The position numbers and the translations under genes are program-made. Shown here one piece after another: positions 1 to 16,765 of a stretch of DNA of 64,000 bases (position 1 is its first letter; each line of letters opens with the position of its first letter). This DNA comes from the human T2T-CHM13v2.0 reference genome, Homo sapiens, in assembly GCF_009914755.1 (NCBI RefSeq), contig NC_060932.1; one strand, 5' to 3'. The notes below the pieces were generated by a model, which saw only the letters and a program-made list of their open reading frames with translations, ran no database searches and was not told the DNA's origin.

Positions 1-325
1 AAGATCATATATGAAAGAGGAGACATAACAACTGATAACATAGATATACAAAGGATCATAAGAGACTACTTTGAAAAATTATACACCAACAAATTGGATA
101 ACCTAGAAGAAATGGATACATTTGTAGCCACATAAAACATAATAAGACTAAATCATGAAGAAATAGACAATCTGATCAGACACATAATGAGTAGGGATAT
201 TGAATCAGTAAGAAAAAGTCTGTTGTCAAAGAAAATCTCAGGACTTGATGACTTTCCTGATGAATGCTACCAAATACTTAAATAAGAACTAATACCAATC
301 TTGTACAAACTCTTGAAAAAAGAGG
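1..325 (+). mobile_element. L1 (L1MA-type) ORF2 fragment, upstream part of the host element
   Basis: Decayed L1 ORF2 sequence (aaattggataacctagaagaaatgga, gaactaataccaatc); the same orientation resumes at 1343. Confidence 0.85.
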
Positions 326-1342
326 CTTTCAGATTTTTTCTTTTTGTTTAGTATTGCTTTGGCTATACAGGCTCTTTTTTGGTTTCATAAGAATTTTAGT
401 ATTTTTTTCTAGTTCTGTGAAGGATGATGATGGTATTTTGATGGAAATTACATTGAATCTGTAGATTGCTTTGGGAAGTATGGTCACTTTCACAATATTG
501 ATTCTACCCATCCGTGAGCATGGGATGTGTTTCCATTTGTTTGTGTTATCTATGATTTCTTTCAGCAGTGTTTTGTAGTTTTCTTTACAGAGATCTTTCA
601 CCTCCTTGTTTAAGTAGGTTTCTAAATATTTTTTTTTTTTTTGCAGCTGTTGTAAAATGCATTGAGTTCTTTATTTGATTCTCAGGTTGGTTGTTGTTGG
701 TGTATAGCAGTGCTACTGATTTGTGTACATTGATTTTGTATCCTGAGACTTTACTGAATTCGTTTATCAGATCCAGGAGCTTTTTGGATGAGACTTTTGA
801 GTTGTCTAGGTATATAATCATATCATCAGTCAACAGTGACAGTTTGACATCCTGTTTTCAAATTTGGATGCCCTTTATTTCTTTTTCTTGTCTGATTGCT
901 CTGGCCAGGACTTCTAGTACTATGTTGACTAGAAGCTGTAATGGTGGGCATCCTTCAAGTGGATAAGGAAAATGTGGTATATTACACCATGAAATACTAC
1001 TTAGCCATTAAAAGGAACAAAGTACTGTGTTTTGCCTCAATATGGGTGGAGCTGCAAGCCATTATTCTAAGGGAAGTAACATGGAATGGAAAACCAAATA
1101 TTATATGTTTACATTCATAAGTAGGAGGTAAGCTATGAAAATGCAAAGGCGTAAGAATAATATAATGGACTCTGGGGACTCAGGGGGTAGGAGGGATAAG
1201 GGATAAAAGACTGCATCTTGGGTACAGTGTACACTGCTCAGGTGACAGGTGCAGCAAAATCTCATAAATTACCACTAGGGAACTTATCCATGTAAACTAA
1301 AATCACCTGTACCCCCAAAATTATTGAAATAAAATAAATAAA
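326..1342. mobile_element. 5'-inverted L1PB-type insertion: inverted ORF2 RT segment (326-~953, minus) plus sense 3' end (~954-1342, plus)
   Basis: ORFs 585..833 and 329..601 on the minus strand translate as L1 RT ([26 protein letters not shown]); abrupt switch to a plus-strand L1PB-like 3'UTR ending in an A-rich tail. Confidence 0.8.
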
Positions 1343-3262
1343 ACAATCCCATTTACATTTCCTACAAAAATTAAAATATTTAGGAGTAAATTTAACCAAG
1401 GAAGTGAAAGATCTCTGATCTCTGTTCGGAAAACTATAAAACATTGATGAAAGAAATTGAAGAAGATACAAACAAATGGAAAGATACCTTGTGTTCATGA
1501 ATTGGAAGAATTACTATTGCTAAAATGTCCATACTACCCAAAGTGATCTACAGCTTCAGTGCAATCTCTATCAAAATTCCAATGTCATTTTTCACGGAAA
1601 TAGAAAAAATAATTTTAAAATTTGTATGGAACCACAAAAGACTTCAAATAGCCAAAAAATATCTTGAGCAAAAAGAATAAAGCCAGAGACATCAAAGTAC
1701 CTGATTTCAAAATTGCTACAATGCTATAGTAATCAAAACAGCACGTCACCAGCATAAAAACAGACCCATGGATGAGTGTAACACAATAGAGAGCCTAGAA
1801 ATAAATCCACACATCTATAATCAATTGATTTTCAACAAAGCTGTCAAGAATACAGGATGGAGAAGGTATAGCCTCTTCAATAAATGGTGTTCGGAAAACT
1901 GGATATCCACAGGAGAAAGACCAAAATGAGATCCTTATCTCACATCATGTACAACAATCAACTAAAATTGGATTAAAGACAGAAACATAAAACCTCAGAC
2001 TGTAAAACTACTAGAAGAAGACATGGGGTAAAAGCTCATGACACTGGTATGGATAGTGATTTTTTATTTTTTTTTTGGATATGACTCTCAAGGCACAGGC
2101 AACAAAAACAGAAATAGATAAATGGGATTACATGTAACTAAAAAGGTTCTGCACAGTTAAGGAAACAACACAGTGAAGAGACAACCCATGGAATGGGAAA
2201 ATATATCTGCACACCATCCATCTGATAAGGGATTAATATCCAAAATATATAAGGAATAAAACAACTCAACAAAACAAATAACCCAATTAAAAAATGAGCA
2301 AAGATCTCAAATAGACATTTCTCCAAAAAAGACTTACAAAGGAGAAAGGTATATAATAAAATGCTTAACATCAGTAATCACGAGAGAAATGCAAATTAAA
2401 ACCATAATGAGATATCACCTCATACATGTCAGAAGGGCTATTATCAAAAAGACAAAATATAAATGTTGGTGAGGATGTGGAGACAAAGAAACCCTTGTAT
2501 ACTGTTGATGGGAATGTAAATCAGTACAGCCATTATGGAAAAAGGTATGGAGGTTCTTCAAAAACTTAAAATAGAACTAACATATGATCCAACAATTTTA
2601 CTTTATATATATATATATATAAAAACTGGCATGTTGAAGAGATATCGGCATCCCATGTTCATTGCAGCATAAATCATTAAAACCAAAATATAGAATCAAC
2701 CTAAGTGTCCATCAACAGATGAATGGATAAAGAACATGTGATAAATATGCACAGTGGAATACTATTCAGTGTTAAAAAAGAAGGTAATCCTGCCATTTGC
2801 AACAACTTGGATGAACCTGGAGGGCATTTTGTTAACGAAAATAAGCCACGCACAGAAAGACAAATACCACATGATCTTACTTACTTGGGGGAATCTATTA
2901 AAGTTGAAATCATAGAAACAGAGTAGAATGGTGGTTAACAGGGGTTGATGGTTTGAGGAATTGGGGAGATGTTGGTCAAAGGACAAGAAAATTTAGTTAA
3001 ACAGAAGGAATAGGTTTAAAAAGTATATTGTACAACATGGTGACTGTATTTAAAAATAATACACTTGCAAATCACTGTGAGTAGATTTTGTGTTATTACC
3101 ATTAATATACCATTTAAGTGTTATTACCAAAAAAGTATGTAAGGGAATGCATATGTAGTTTGATTTAGCCACTGTAAAACATATACATATATCAAGACAT
3201 CATGATGTATACCATAAATATATATAACTTACTGGTCAATTGAAAAATAAAACAAAACTAAA
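1343..3262 (+). mobile_element. L1MA-type ORF2 C-terminal part and 3'UTR
   Basis: Continuous decayed ORF2 (gaaatgcaaattaaaacc, gatatcacctc), then an L1MA 3'UTR (gtagaatggtggtt, ggagatgttggtcaaagg) and A-rich end. Confidence 0.85.
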
Positions 3263-3354
3263 CCCCAAGTTACTTTTTTTTTCTGTAGGTAAAGAAACTA
3301 AAGAATGTCACTAGAAAACCAAATAGATCTGCTGTGGTTCAATACAACTAGAAG

Positions 3355-3857
<503 letters not shown>

Positions 3858-3914
3858 TGAATGACTGTTTCTACAATAGTAGAGATTGTTCTTTTGGAGA
3901 TTATGCTTGCAAGG

Positions 3915-4266
3915 TGATACAGTTTGACTGTGTCCCCACCCAAGTCTCATCTTGAATTGTAGCTCCCATAATTCCCACATGTTGTGGGAGGGACCTGGTG
4001 GGATATAATTGAATCGTGGGGGGCAGTTTCCCCCATACTGTTCTCGTGGTAGTGAATAAGTCTCACAAGATGGTTTTATAAGGGGAAACCCCTTTGACTC
4101 TCATTCTCTCTTGCTGCTGCCGTGTAAGAAGTGCCTCTTGTCTTCTGCCATGATTGTGAGGCCTCCCCAACCACGTGGAACTGAGAGTCTATTAAACCTC
4201 TTTTTCTTTATAAATTACCCAGTCTTGGTTATGTCTTTATCAGCAGCGTGAAAACAGTCTAACACA
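3915..4266 (+). mobile_element. THE1C-like solo LTR (ERVL-MaLR)
   Basis: tgata..tgtgtccccacccaa start, ..ctaacaca end; 5-bp TSD caagg/ccagg. Confidence 0.9.
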
Positions 4267-4489
4267 CCAGGTTAATGACTGGCAGAAGTTTTAAGCTAAA
4301 TCTTTGCTCTCTAAATTAATTGTGAATTGGAATTTCACATAGGTTGAAGGTTTTGGAGCTAATATAATTAGAAAATATTAATATTTGAAGTGAAATCAGT
4401 ATTCATGCAGTCTCTATTTTAAAAATAATTCATGCTGCCTTTGTGGCCTTTGTTGGATGAAAATTTATTGCAGCAGGAATTGCATATGC

Positions 4490-4813
4490 CAGCAGTCTCC
4501 AAACCACTTGGGACTAGTTTCATGGAAGACAGTTTTTCCACAGATGGTGGAGATGATTTTGAGATGAAACTGTTCCACCTCAGATCATCAGGCATCAGAT
4601 TCTTCTAAGGAGCACACAACCTAGATCCCTTGCATGCGCAGTTCACAATAGGGTTTTCGCTTCTGTGAGAATCTAATGCTGATGCTGATCTGTCAGAAGG
4701 CAGAGCTGAGGTAGCAATGCTTGCTTGCCTGCCACTCACCTCCTGCTGTGCAGCTGGTTCCTAACAGGCCAGGAACCGGTACCAGTCTGTGGCCCCGGGG
4801 TTGGGGACCCCTA
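4490..4813 (-). mobile_element. MER1B (hAT-Charlie DNA transposon)
   Basis: Terminal ggggttggggacccct and internal ctagatcccttgcatgcgcagttcacaataggg; 8-bp TSD gcatatgc/acatatgc. Confidence 0.9.
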
Positions 4814-5574
4814 ACATATGCTGAGCCAAAATCAATATACCTTTACTGTCTTCAGAGCCCAGTGAGTTCAAAATGTGTAAACTTGGGACTACAATGAAAT
4901 ATCCATATGGTAAGCAGTTACTAAAGGCAAGGCTAAATAAACCTTTTCTTGAGTCAGATCTTGAATTTCTACTTTGAAATCAAGATTTGCGTCTTATTTC
5001 ACAGAGACATTGTAGACAAATAAAATATTGTAAAAAGAACAAGATCACTCATTTTTCTGTCCTTTTAGCCATTTGAAGATAAGGCTTTATAGGTTTTCCC
5101 TTCTCCATATAAAATTTTATACTCTGGCCAATTTGTGAATACATAATATTACTTATTCATTGTGTTTTTTTAGACTAATGAGAATTTCATTAAAAAGTTG
5201 ATAATTCTATGAACTGTACTTTTTCAATGAAATGTTTTTTTTCCTTTTGTTTTTCTGTTATACTGACTGTAAGCACAAAACAAAATACCAACCTGTCAAG
5301 CATTGTGCTTACAGTGATGGATACTAAAAATGAGGTTTTATTTTTAGAGATTAAAAAATTCAGCAGATTGATGAGCACTTTATGTGTATGTGAGAATATG
5401 TTGTCTTCCATGTGTGTAAATTTGAATGTAATTCCCAGGATCCCAATGCTTCTAGTCCAGTCTAATTCTCTGTGCTTCTTTCCTCTTCTAAAACTTAACC
5501 ACTGTGTTTATTCCCTTAAAGTGTTATAACATAGTAATTAAAAGTATAGGTCTTATTATTATCATATTTAAAAA

Positions 5575-5785
5575 TACACCTGGGTTTGAATTTCAGCCCT
5601 ATCACTTAACAATTCAAGAATGTTAGGTAGGTTATTAATTTCTGTAATCCTCAGTTTTCTTAGCTATAAAATGAAGACTACACTTACATCTTAGAGTTTT
5701 GGTGAGGAGTAAATGAGATAATACGTATAACAGGAATTGAGTGCTTGGCACTTAGCAAGCATTCAACAAATGTTAGCTGATATTA
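5575..5785 (+). mobile_element. MIR
   Basis: cctgggtttgaat..cctcagttttct..aaaatgaag..gtgaggagtaaatgagataat..aaatgttagct. Confidence 0.75.
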
Positions 5786-7661
5786 AGCTCCTGTTCTCAA
5801 TTAGATAACAGGTAATTGTAGTGAGTATGCCCAATGCTAATATGTTAGGGGAAACGTATATTATGGTTCCTGAAGAAAGTCCTGAAGTCCTGAGTTTTGG
5901 TTTATTCTCATCAGGTAATAATTATAACTTGATGTTGTATAGCATGTTACTGTCAATTGTTCTATTACACATATTCTCTCATTTGATCTTATTTAAAGCA
6001 TATATGCTCCCTTGGCATTGAAAGTAAAGTCATAGGTTGAGGAGGAACATATCAGTACTTGGTTATTTACCTCATTTTTCTAAGTAATCAGAAAAAGTAA
6101 AGGAAGTTTCCAAGAGAAATAGACTCCACACAATAGTTATAGGAAAAAAGAAGATTGCATTCCATATGAGGAACTGCTCTCTAGCCAAATGAATTTGTAG
6201 GGAGGGCTTCACCTGAGATGAGGTATTGGGAACAATGCAGGAAGAAAGAAGGAAGAAAGTGCATAATACAAACGCTAAGAGTGGGGCAATACATATTGCA
6301 TATGAAAAAAACTGTGGAAAGGATTGAGAACAGCTGACATACTTTGAAAGAATACTGTGGTGCAGGCGAAGGCAGGAAACTGTACCTCATCCAGAAATTC
6401 AATGGCTACTTGAGATGGCTTAGCTAAAAGAATTGAGGATTTAGTTGAGTAAAATATTGGCAAATTTCAGGTGTGAAGGTAAATGTGAGCATTAGAGGGA
6501 CTAGGTCCAAATCTTTTCTTGTTGTCTAGAATACTGCTTGGACAGTAGAGGCAGCATATACTTTTTGTGAATGAAAAATATTCATTCAACAAATATTTAT
6601 TGAGCACCTCAAGTTTTATAATACTTTGGCTCTAGAAAGCAGCTAAGGAAATGTACATATGTAGAATTAAATATATTGGGAAATTTTGCAGGGGAGGCAG
6701 CATTCTGTAATTTCCCAGATTTGGAGCTAGAGAGGTACGACAGAAAAAGGTTCAAAAAGCGGAAGTAAAATAGTTTCTGTCTATCTGCCCAAACCTCTTG
6801 AAGGGAAGATAGCTGCAGGGCAACATGTAAATGGGAAAAAAAGATTTATTACATTAGTCAAGGATGAAGGTCTAAGTTTAAAAGGGTGGCAGTACGATAT
6901 AGGAAAAGAAACAACGTGAAAGTAACTCCAAATGGCAGCAGGAGAAGTGGAAAAACGGAAAAGATTTGTGTGGAGGAGAAAGCATGTATGAGAACATGTC
7001 AGGCTGACCCCTACTCTATAAAAGGGCTGGTAAAGAGCTCCAGGTGAAAGTTACCTGGTCCTGGCTGTTTGTCTAAAGGCAAAAAAAAAAACCAACCAAC
7101 CAACCAAACAAACAAACAAAAAATCCAGAGAAGTACCTAATTTCACTCTCCCTTCAAAATGAGGACTGTGTATAAAAAAAGACTGTGTATGTGAAAGCCT
7201 AAACCTAGAAAACATGATCTTTGTCCTTATGAAATTTGCAGATGTAGAATAAAATTGGAAGAAAATAAGGGGAAGTTTGGTGACAGAAATTAAATGAAAA
7301 GAAAACAAATGGGCCAGAATAGAACTAGTTTATAAGAACCTTTGCAATTGAATGTGGATTAGTGTGTCATGGTTACTGAATTTGATGTTCAGTGATGATT
7401 GCTATATATCTGCATTCTTTGATTTTTCCCAGGGATTTTCTTTTTTTTTTTTACTTAAGTATTTTTATTATGTTAAGGAAATATCCATCTTCCTATTTTT
7501 TTGTACACTTTATTATTTTTTTCTTCAACTTTTATTTTTTATTGTATATTTGTTTTATTTTGTTTTGAGTCAAAATACAGAGCAATTTCAAATATGTAAA
7601 AAAAGAGCTAAACTTTAAAATATTTGTCAGCAATATCAACTAAATTGAAATTTGTATTTTG

Positions 7662-11579
<3,918 letters not shown>

Positions 11580-11945
11580 TGTATTAGTCCATTTTCACAG
11601 TGCTATAAAGAAATATCCGAGACTGTGTAGTTTATAAAGGAAAAAGGTTTAATTGACTCACAGTTCCACATGGCTGGAGAGACCTTAGGAAACTTACAAT
11701 GAGAGTGCAAGGGGAAGCAAGCACCTTCTTTACAAGGTGGCAGGAAAGTGTGAGAGAGCAAGGGAAGGGAGAACAGTCCCTTATAAAGCCATCAGATCTC
11801 ATTAGAACTCACTCATTATCATGAGAACAGCATAAGGGAAACTGCCCTCATGATTCAATCACCTTCCACCAGGTTTCTCCCAGAAAACATGGGGATTACA
11901 ATTTGAGATGAGATTTGGGTGGGAACACAGAGCCAAACCATATCA
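11580..11945 (-). mobile_element. THE1D/MSTA-like LTR (3' LTR of a truncated MaLR)
   Basis: tgtattagtcc..agccaaaccatatca termini. Confidence 0.9.
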
Positions 11946-12838
11946 TTTTGCCCATGGCCCCTCCAAATCTCATGTCTTTCTTACATTTCAAAACATAATC
12001 ATGCCTTCCCAACAGTAACATTAACCCAAAGTCTTAACTCATTCTGGAATTAACCCAAAAGTCCAAGTGCAAAGTCTCATCTGAGAGACAACAAGCCCTT
12101 TCTGCCGATAAGTCTGTAAAATCAAAAAGCAAGTTAGTTCCTTACAAGATACAATGGGTGTACAGACATTGGATAAATGTTCCCATTCCAAATGGGAGAA
12201 ATTGTCCAAAACAAAGGGGCTGCAGGCCCCACGTTAAGTCCAAAATCCAGCAGGGCAGTTATTACATCTTGAATCTCCAAAATGATCTCCTTTGATTCCA
12301 TGTTTCAAATATGGGGCACACTGATGCAAGGGGTGGGCTTTCACAGCCTTGGGCAGCTCCTCTGTGGGCTTTCATTGAGTGCCCTGTAGCTTTTTTGGTA
12401 CACAGTGCAAGCTGTTGATGAAACTACTGTTCTGGGGTCTGGAGGATGGTGGCCCTCTTCTCACAGTTCCACTAGGCAGTGTCCCAGTGGGGACTCTGTG
12501 TGGGGGCTCCAACCTCACATTTCTCTTCCATGTTGCTCCAGCAGAGGTTCTCCATGAGGGTTCTGTCCCTGCAGCAGACTTCTGCCTGGACATCCAGGCA
12601 TTTCTGTACATCTTCTGAAATCTAGGTGGAGGTTCCCAAACCTCAATTTTTGACTTCTGTGCACCTGCAGGCCGAGCACCACCTGTAAGCTGCCAAGGCT
12701 TGGGGCTTGCACCCTCTGAAACAGTGGCCTGAGCTATATACTTTGGCTGCTGTTAGCCATGCCTAGGACATAGGGTGCCATGTCCCAAGGCTGCACAGAG
12801 CAGCAGGGGCCCTGGGCCTGGCCCAAGAAACCATTTTT
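11946..12838 (-). mobile_element. MaLR internal sequence (THE1/MST-int), truncated
   Basis: cccctccaaatctcatgt directly after the LTR; typical internal sequence (ggcagtgtcccagtggggactctgtgtgggggctccaac); ends without a second LTR. Confidence 0.88.
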
Positions 12839-13767
12839 TAAATGATGGTTAACAGACCTGTACTTTAACTATATTTAATATGTTCAAAAAATTTAAAAAA
12901 TACAAAATAATTGGGAAATTTAGCAAAACACTGAAAAGCACTAAAAGAGCTAATGAAAATTCCAAAATGAAAAATATTCAGTGGCTAAAATTAAGACTTC
13001 ATGGGATGGGCATAACAACACATTAGAGAGAGTTGAAGAGGGAATTAGACTGTCAGAAGATAGATCGGAAGAAAATAGTTAGGCTGAAGTAGAGACAGAA
13101 AAAAGGGTGGAAAATTTAAAAAACAGCATTAGAGGTAAAAGGGCTATTGAGAAAAGTTTTTACATATATAGAATGGGAGTTGTAGAAATTAAAGTGTGAG
13201 AAAAAATGGGACAGATACAATAGTTGAAGAGGTAGTGAGTGAGGATTTTCCAAGACTTATCAAAGACACCCAGCTACAGACTTAAGAAGTGCTAGAAAGC
13301 TATATCAGAATAGTTAAACAAACAAACTACACTTAGGCACTGCATACTCAAATGTTTAAAAGTATAAAATAAAGAAAATCTTAAAAGTATTCATAGAAAA
13401 AGACAGAAGGACTTCAAAGGAGCAATAATAGACTGAGAGTTGGCTTCAACAACTCTCAACAAACAAAAAGGAAACCAGAGGACAATGGCATACCTTCAAA
13501 GCACTGAAAGAAAATAACTGTGAAAATAGAATTCTACATCCAGCAAAAATATTCTTCAAACAGGTGAAATAAAGGTATTTCCAAATGAAGCTAAGAGAAT
13601 TTCTTAACAATATACCTAGGCTAAATAAAACACTTAGGTGTATTTTTCAGACCGAAGGGAAATAGTCTCAGATGAAAGCTCAGAGATACTGAAAAGAAAG
13701 AAGAGCAATGGAAAAGGTAGATATGTGGGTAAGTCTGAGTGAATATTGGCTATATAAAGATATAATA

Positions 13768-14060
13768 GGCCAGACACAGTGGCTCACATCTGTAATCCCA
13801 GCACTTTGGGAGGCCAAGGCAGGCGGATCACAAGGTCAGGAGATTGAGAGCATCCTGGCTAACACAATGAAAACTCATCTCTACAAAAAACCCCAAAAAT
13901 TAGTTGGATGTGGTGGTACATGCCTGTAGTCCCAGCTACTAGGGAGGCTGAGGCAGGAGAATCACCTGAACCCAGGAGGCGGAGGTTGCAGTGAGCTGAG
14001 ATCTGCACTCCAGCCTGGGTGACAGAGTAAGACTGTCTCAAAAAAAAAAAAAAAAAAAAA
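13768..14060 (+). mobile_element. AluSc-type
   Basis: Full dimer with polyA; TSD aaagatataata/aaagacataata. Confidence 0.93.
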
Positions 14061-14192
14061 AAAGACATAATAATGTCTGTGGTCCTTAAAATACATATTG
14101 AATTGAAAGGAACAATAGTAGCAAACAATTTAGGAAGGGAGTGAAGAATAATGTAAAGTGATGAAACTACTAATTTGTTTCAGGCATCTCTG

Positions 14193-14399
14193 CAGTGCTA
14201 CCAATAGAACTTTCTTTCATGATAAAAATATTCTATGTATGTGGTATCCAACATGCTGACACAAGTCACATGTGGCTATTGAACAATTTAAATTTGACTA
14301 ATGCAACTGAATAATTGAATTTCTAATTTTCTTTAAGTTTTATTAATTTAAATTTAAATTGCCACACATGGCTAACGACTATTGTATTTGACTCGACAG
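14193..14399 (+). mobile_element. MER3 (hAT-Charlie)
   Basis: ccaatagaactttc..cacatgtggctattga..aatttaaatttaaat..cacatggcta. Confidence 0.8.
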
Positions 14400-15279
14400 C
14401 TCTAGAGTAACCACATACACATAAAATAATAGTAAAGTAACTACTAGGCTAGTGGAAAATGTTATCTCAAAATAATAAAATATAAAACAAAAACAATATA
14501 ATCAAATATTGTATATAAAAATAATAACACATAAGGTAAGATACAAAGGAACCTAGAATAAGAGGGACAAATAAAAACAAATAATAGGATTCCATATGTA
14601 AAATAAAATATACCAGTAATTACATTAAGTGAACAAATTAGAAATAAAGATTGTCAGCCTAGATTTAAAAACTCTATGTTGCTTTTAAGAGGCAAACCAT
14701 TAAACATAAGAACATAGCAAAGTCTAAAAGTAAAAGGGTAGAAAAACATTCACCATATAAAGACTAAAAAGCTAGCAGAGCTAAATTGATGCTAGACAAG
14801 ATGTTAAGCTAAAATATTATTTGAGAAAAGAAAAGCATTTTATAATGATAAAATGTTTACTCCACTAGAAAGATATAGCAGTTCTAAATTTGAATGCATG
14901 TAATAACATAGACTCAAAATATACACAAAAGCTGACAGAACTAAAAAGAGAAATAGATAAATTCTCAAGCATAGAAGCTGATTTAACACCTCTCTTTCAT
15001 TAAGTGATAAAACAGAAAAGTGGCAAGATTGGAAAATTTAAATAGCAAATGCAGATCATTTAACCACTTCTGGTGATGGGACCAGCTTAGAAATCTTTTC
15101 TCCAGGTTCCCACATGGCATTTTTAAGGGGGTATTTCTCATTTCTAACTGTGAGACACAGATTGCTGTTAAGCCATGCTCATCAGCCCTGACAGCTGATA
15201 ATGGCATTGCAGCTTAATTTTTGTAGTTCTTTGCTTTTCTTTCAAAGTACTTTTCACAGAACTCTCATATCTGCAATGG

Positions 15280-15700
15280 TTATCTTTCTTTTGTAGGTTA
15301 GGAAATGTCAGCTTAGACACTAAATTACTGTCAGTTTCACGAATGATAAGTGTGTGTGATAATGCTAAGATCCAAGTCTTTTGACTCCAAATCTTTTGTT
15401 CTTCCTACTAAGATGTTGTAGAAGAGATGGATTGTTTAAAATATGTAATCTAACTTGCAACCCTCAATATTCAATAACTATCTGTAGCTCTTTGTTGAGC
15501 ACCAGCCTCTTGCCTTCCTTGAAAGACTGCTGGGTAATGAAATAAAATGAACACGGAGTCTGAAGACCAGAGTCTAAGAACTACCTGCTGGTATTGGTCA
15601 AGAAACATAAATCGCCCTGATTCTCAGCTTCCTCATTGTTAAAGTAAGGGTGATATTGCCCACTTCACATAGAGTTATTAATAGTCTTAGAGGGATAAAG
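15280..15700. mobile_element. Two MIR fragments (minus ~15280-15410, plus ~15530-15700)
   Basis: tgactccaaatc and ctcagcttcctcattgttaaagt core matches. Confidence 0.55.
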
Positions 15701-16052
15701 TATATATTTCCCAGGTTACCCAAAGAGATGGTAAAAATCACAAATCAACAGTTCTCTGGATTTACCATGACTTGCTCTATGAGATTCCTGGTGCTTTCAA
15801 TTCTGGATGCCACTAGCAATGTCTCAGACTCTTTGTTGCTTAGTCTTTTTGAAAAATTATCAGAAGAATACAGGCATAAGTAATATCTAGGTCCTCCCTA
15901 TAAGAATATTATTGTTCCATTTTCATAGGCTCTAGGTATGACATTAAACTAAAACAAAATTTTGAGGCAGTAATATCTAAAGGAGTAATAATCTATAATT
16001 TAGTGTGTGTGCTAAACTTATTTTTATGCTTTAAATAGAGGGTTACCCTAGG

Positions 16053-16215
16053 CTAATGCTTCTTAAATATGAACATGTATACAGATTATCTTGGGATCTT
16101 GTGAAAATGCAGATTCTGATTCAATGGGTCTGGGATGGGAAGGCAATTCTGAATTTCTAACCAGCTCCCACGTTATACCAATGCTGTTGATCCAAGGAGC
16201 ACACTAAAAAGTAAG
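16053..16215. mobile_element. MER5A/MER5A1-type hAT element
   Basis: gggatcttgtgaaaatgcagattctgattca..ttctaaccagctccca. Confidence 0.8.
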
Positions 16216-16264
16216 ATCCTATATGAATTTTAAAGAAAATAATTTGTCCTGGTAAGTGTTCTAT

Positions 16265-16765
16265 TTTTTTCTGGTTAAGATGCTTCATTACAAATAATGC
16301 CAGCTTATTTCTGGTAATGTTAAATGAAAAGGGAATGTATTAGAAGGATACCACATAGCTCACAGCATTGATGGAGATGTTGGGGAACCATGTTCAGGAA
16401 AGTAGTAGGATAAAAGAGAGGTAAGGCATGGCCAAGATCATCTTAGGAAGTCTGTTTAAGACTCCACCACTAGGAACAGCTGTGCTAGACCCTCCCCACA
16501 GCAATGCTGGAGTCTTGGCTGCCATATATGTGACAAGTGATCTTTGAATGGCTTTGAACCTGTGCATCACTCTCTAAAGAGATTCAAAGTCCCAGGCTTG
16601 AGACACTGATTTACTATGCTGAAATCACAATCCTTCTCCCAGCTGCTAGAACTGCCTGCCTTTCCTTCAAGCAAGGTTCTGCTTCTTACCCATTTTGGTA
16701 TTTCCAATAAATAGAAAGTATATTTGAACATTGGTATTGAAGCTCAAAATGGCAAATGTCACAAC
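16265..16765 (-). mobile_element. Old MaLR LTR (MLT1K-N like)
   Basis: aaaagggaatgtattagaaggatac..agctcacag resembles ancient MLT1 ends; highly diverged. Confidence 0.45.

Larger units (their letters stand above)
12850..15050 (+). mobile_element. Old L1 (L1M/L1ME-type) ORF1 to ORF2 endonuclease remnant, interrupted by an Alu and MER3
   Basis: A-rich decayed ORF1 motifs (agaattctacatccagcaaaaatattcttcaa) and endonuclease-region motifs at 14600-15050. Confidence 0.7.

Noticed and set aside
329-833. ORFs with reverse-transcriptase-like peptides
   Set aside because: Frameshifted L1 ORF2 remnants, not a functional or novel RT system
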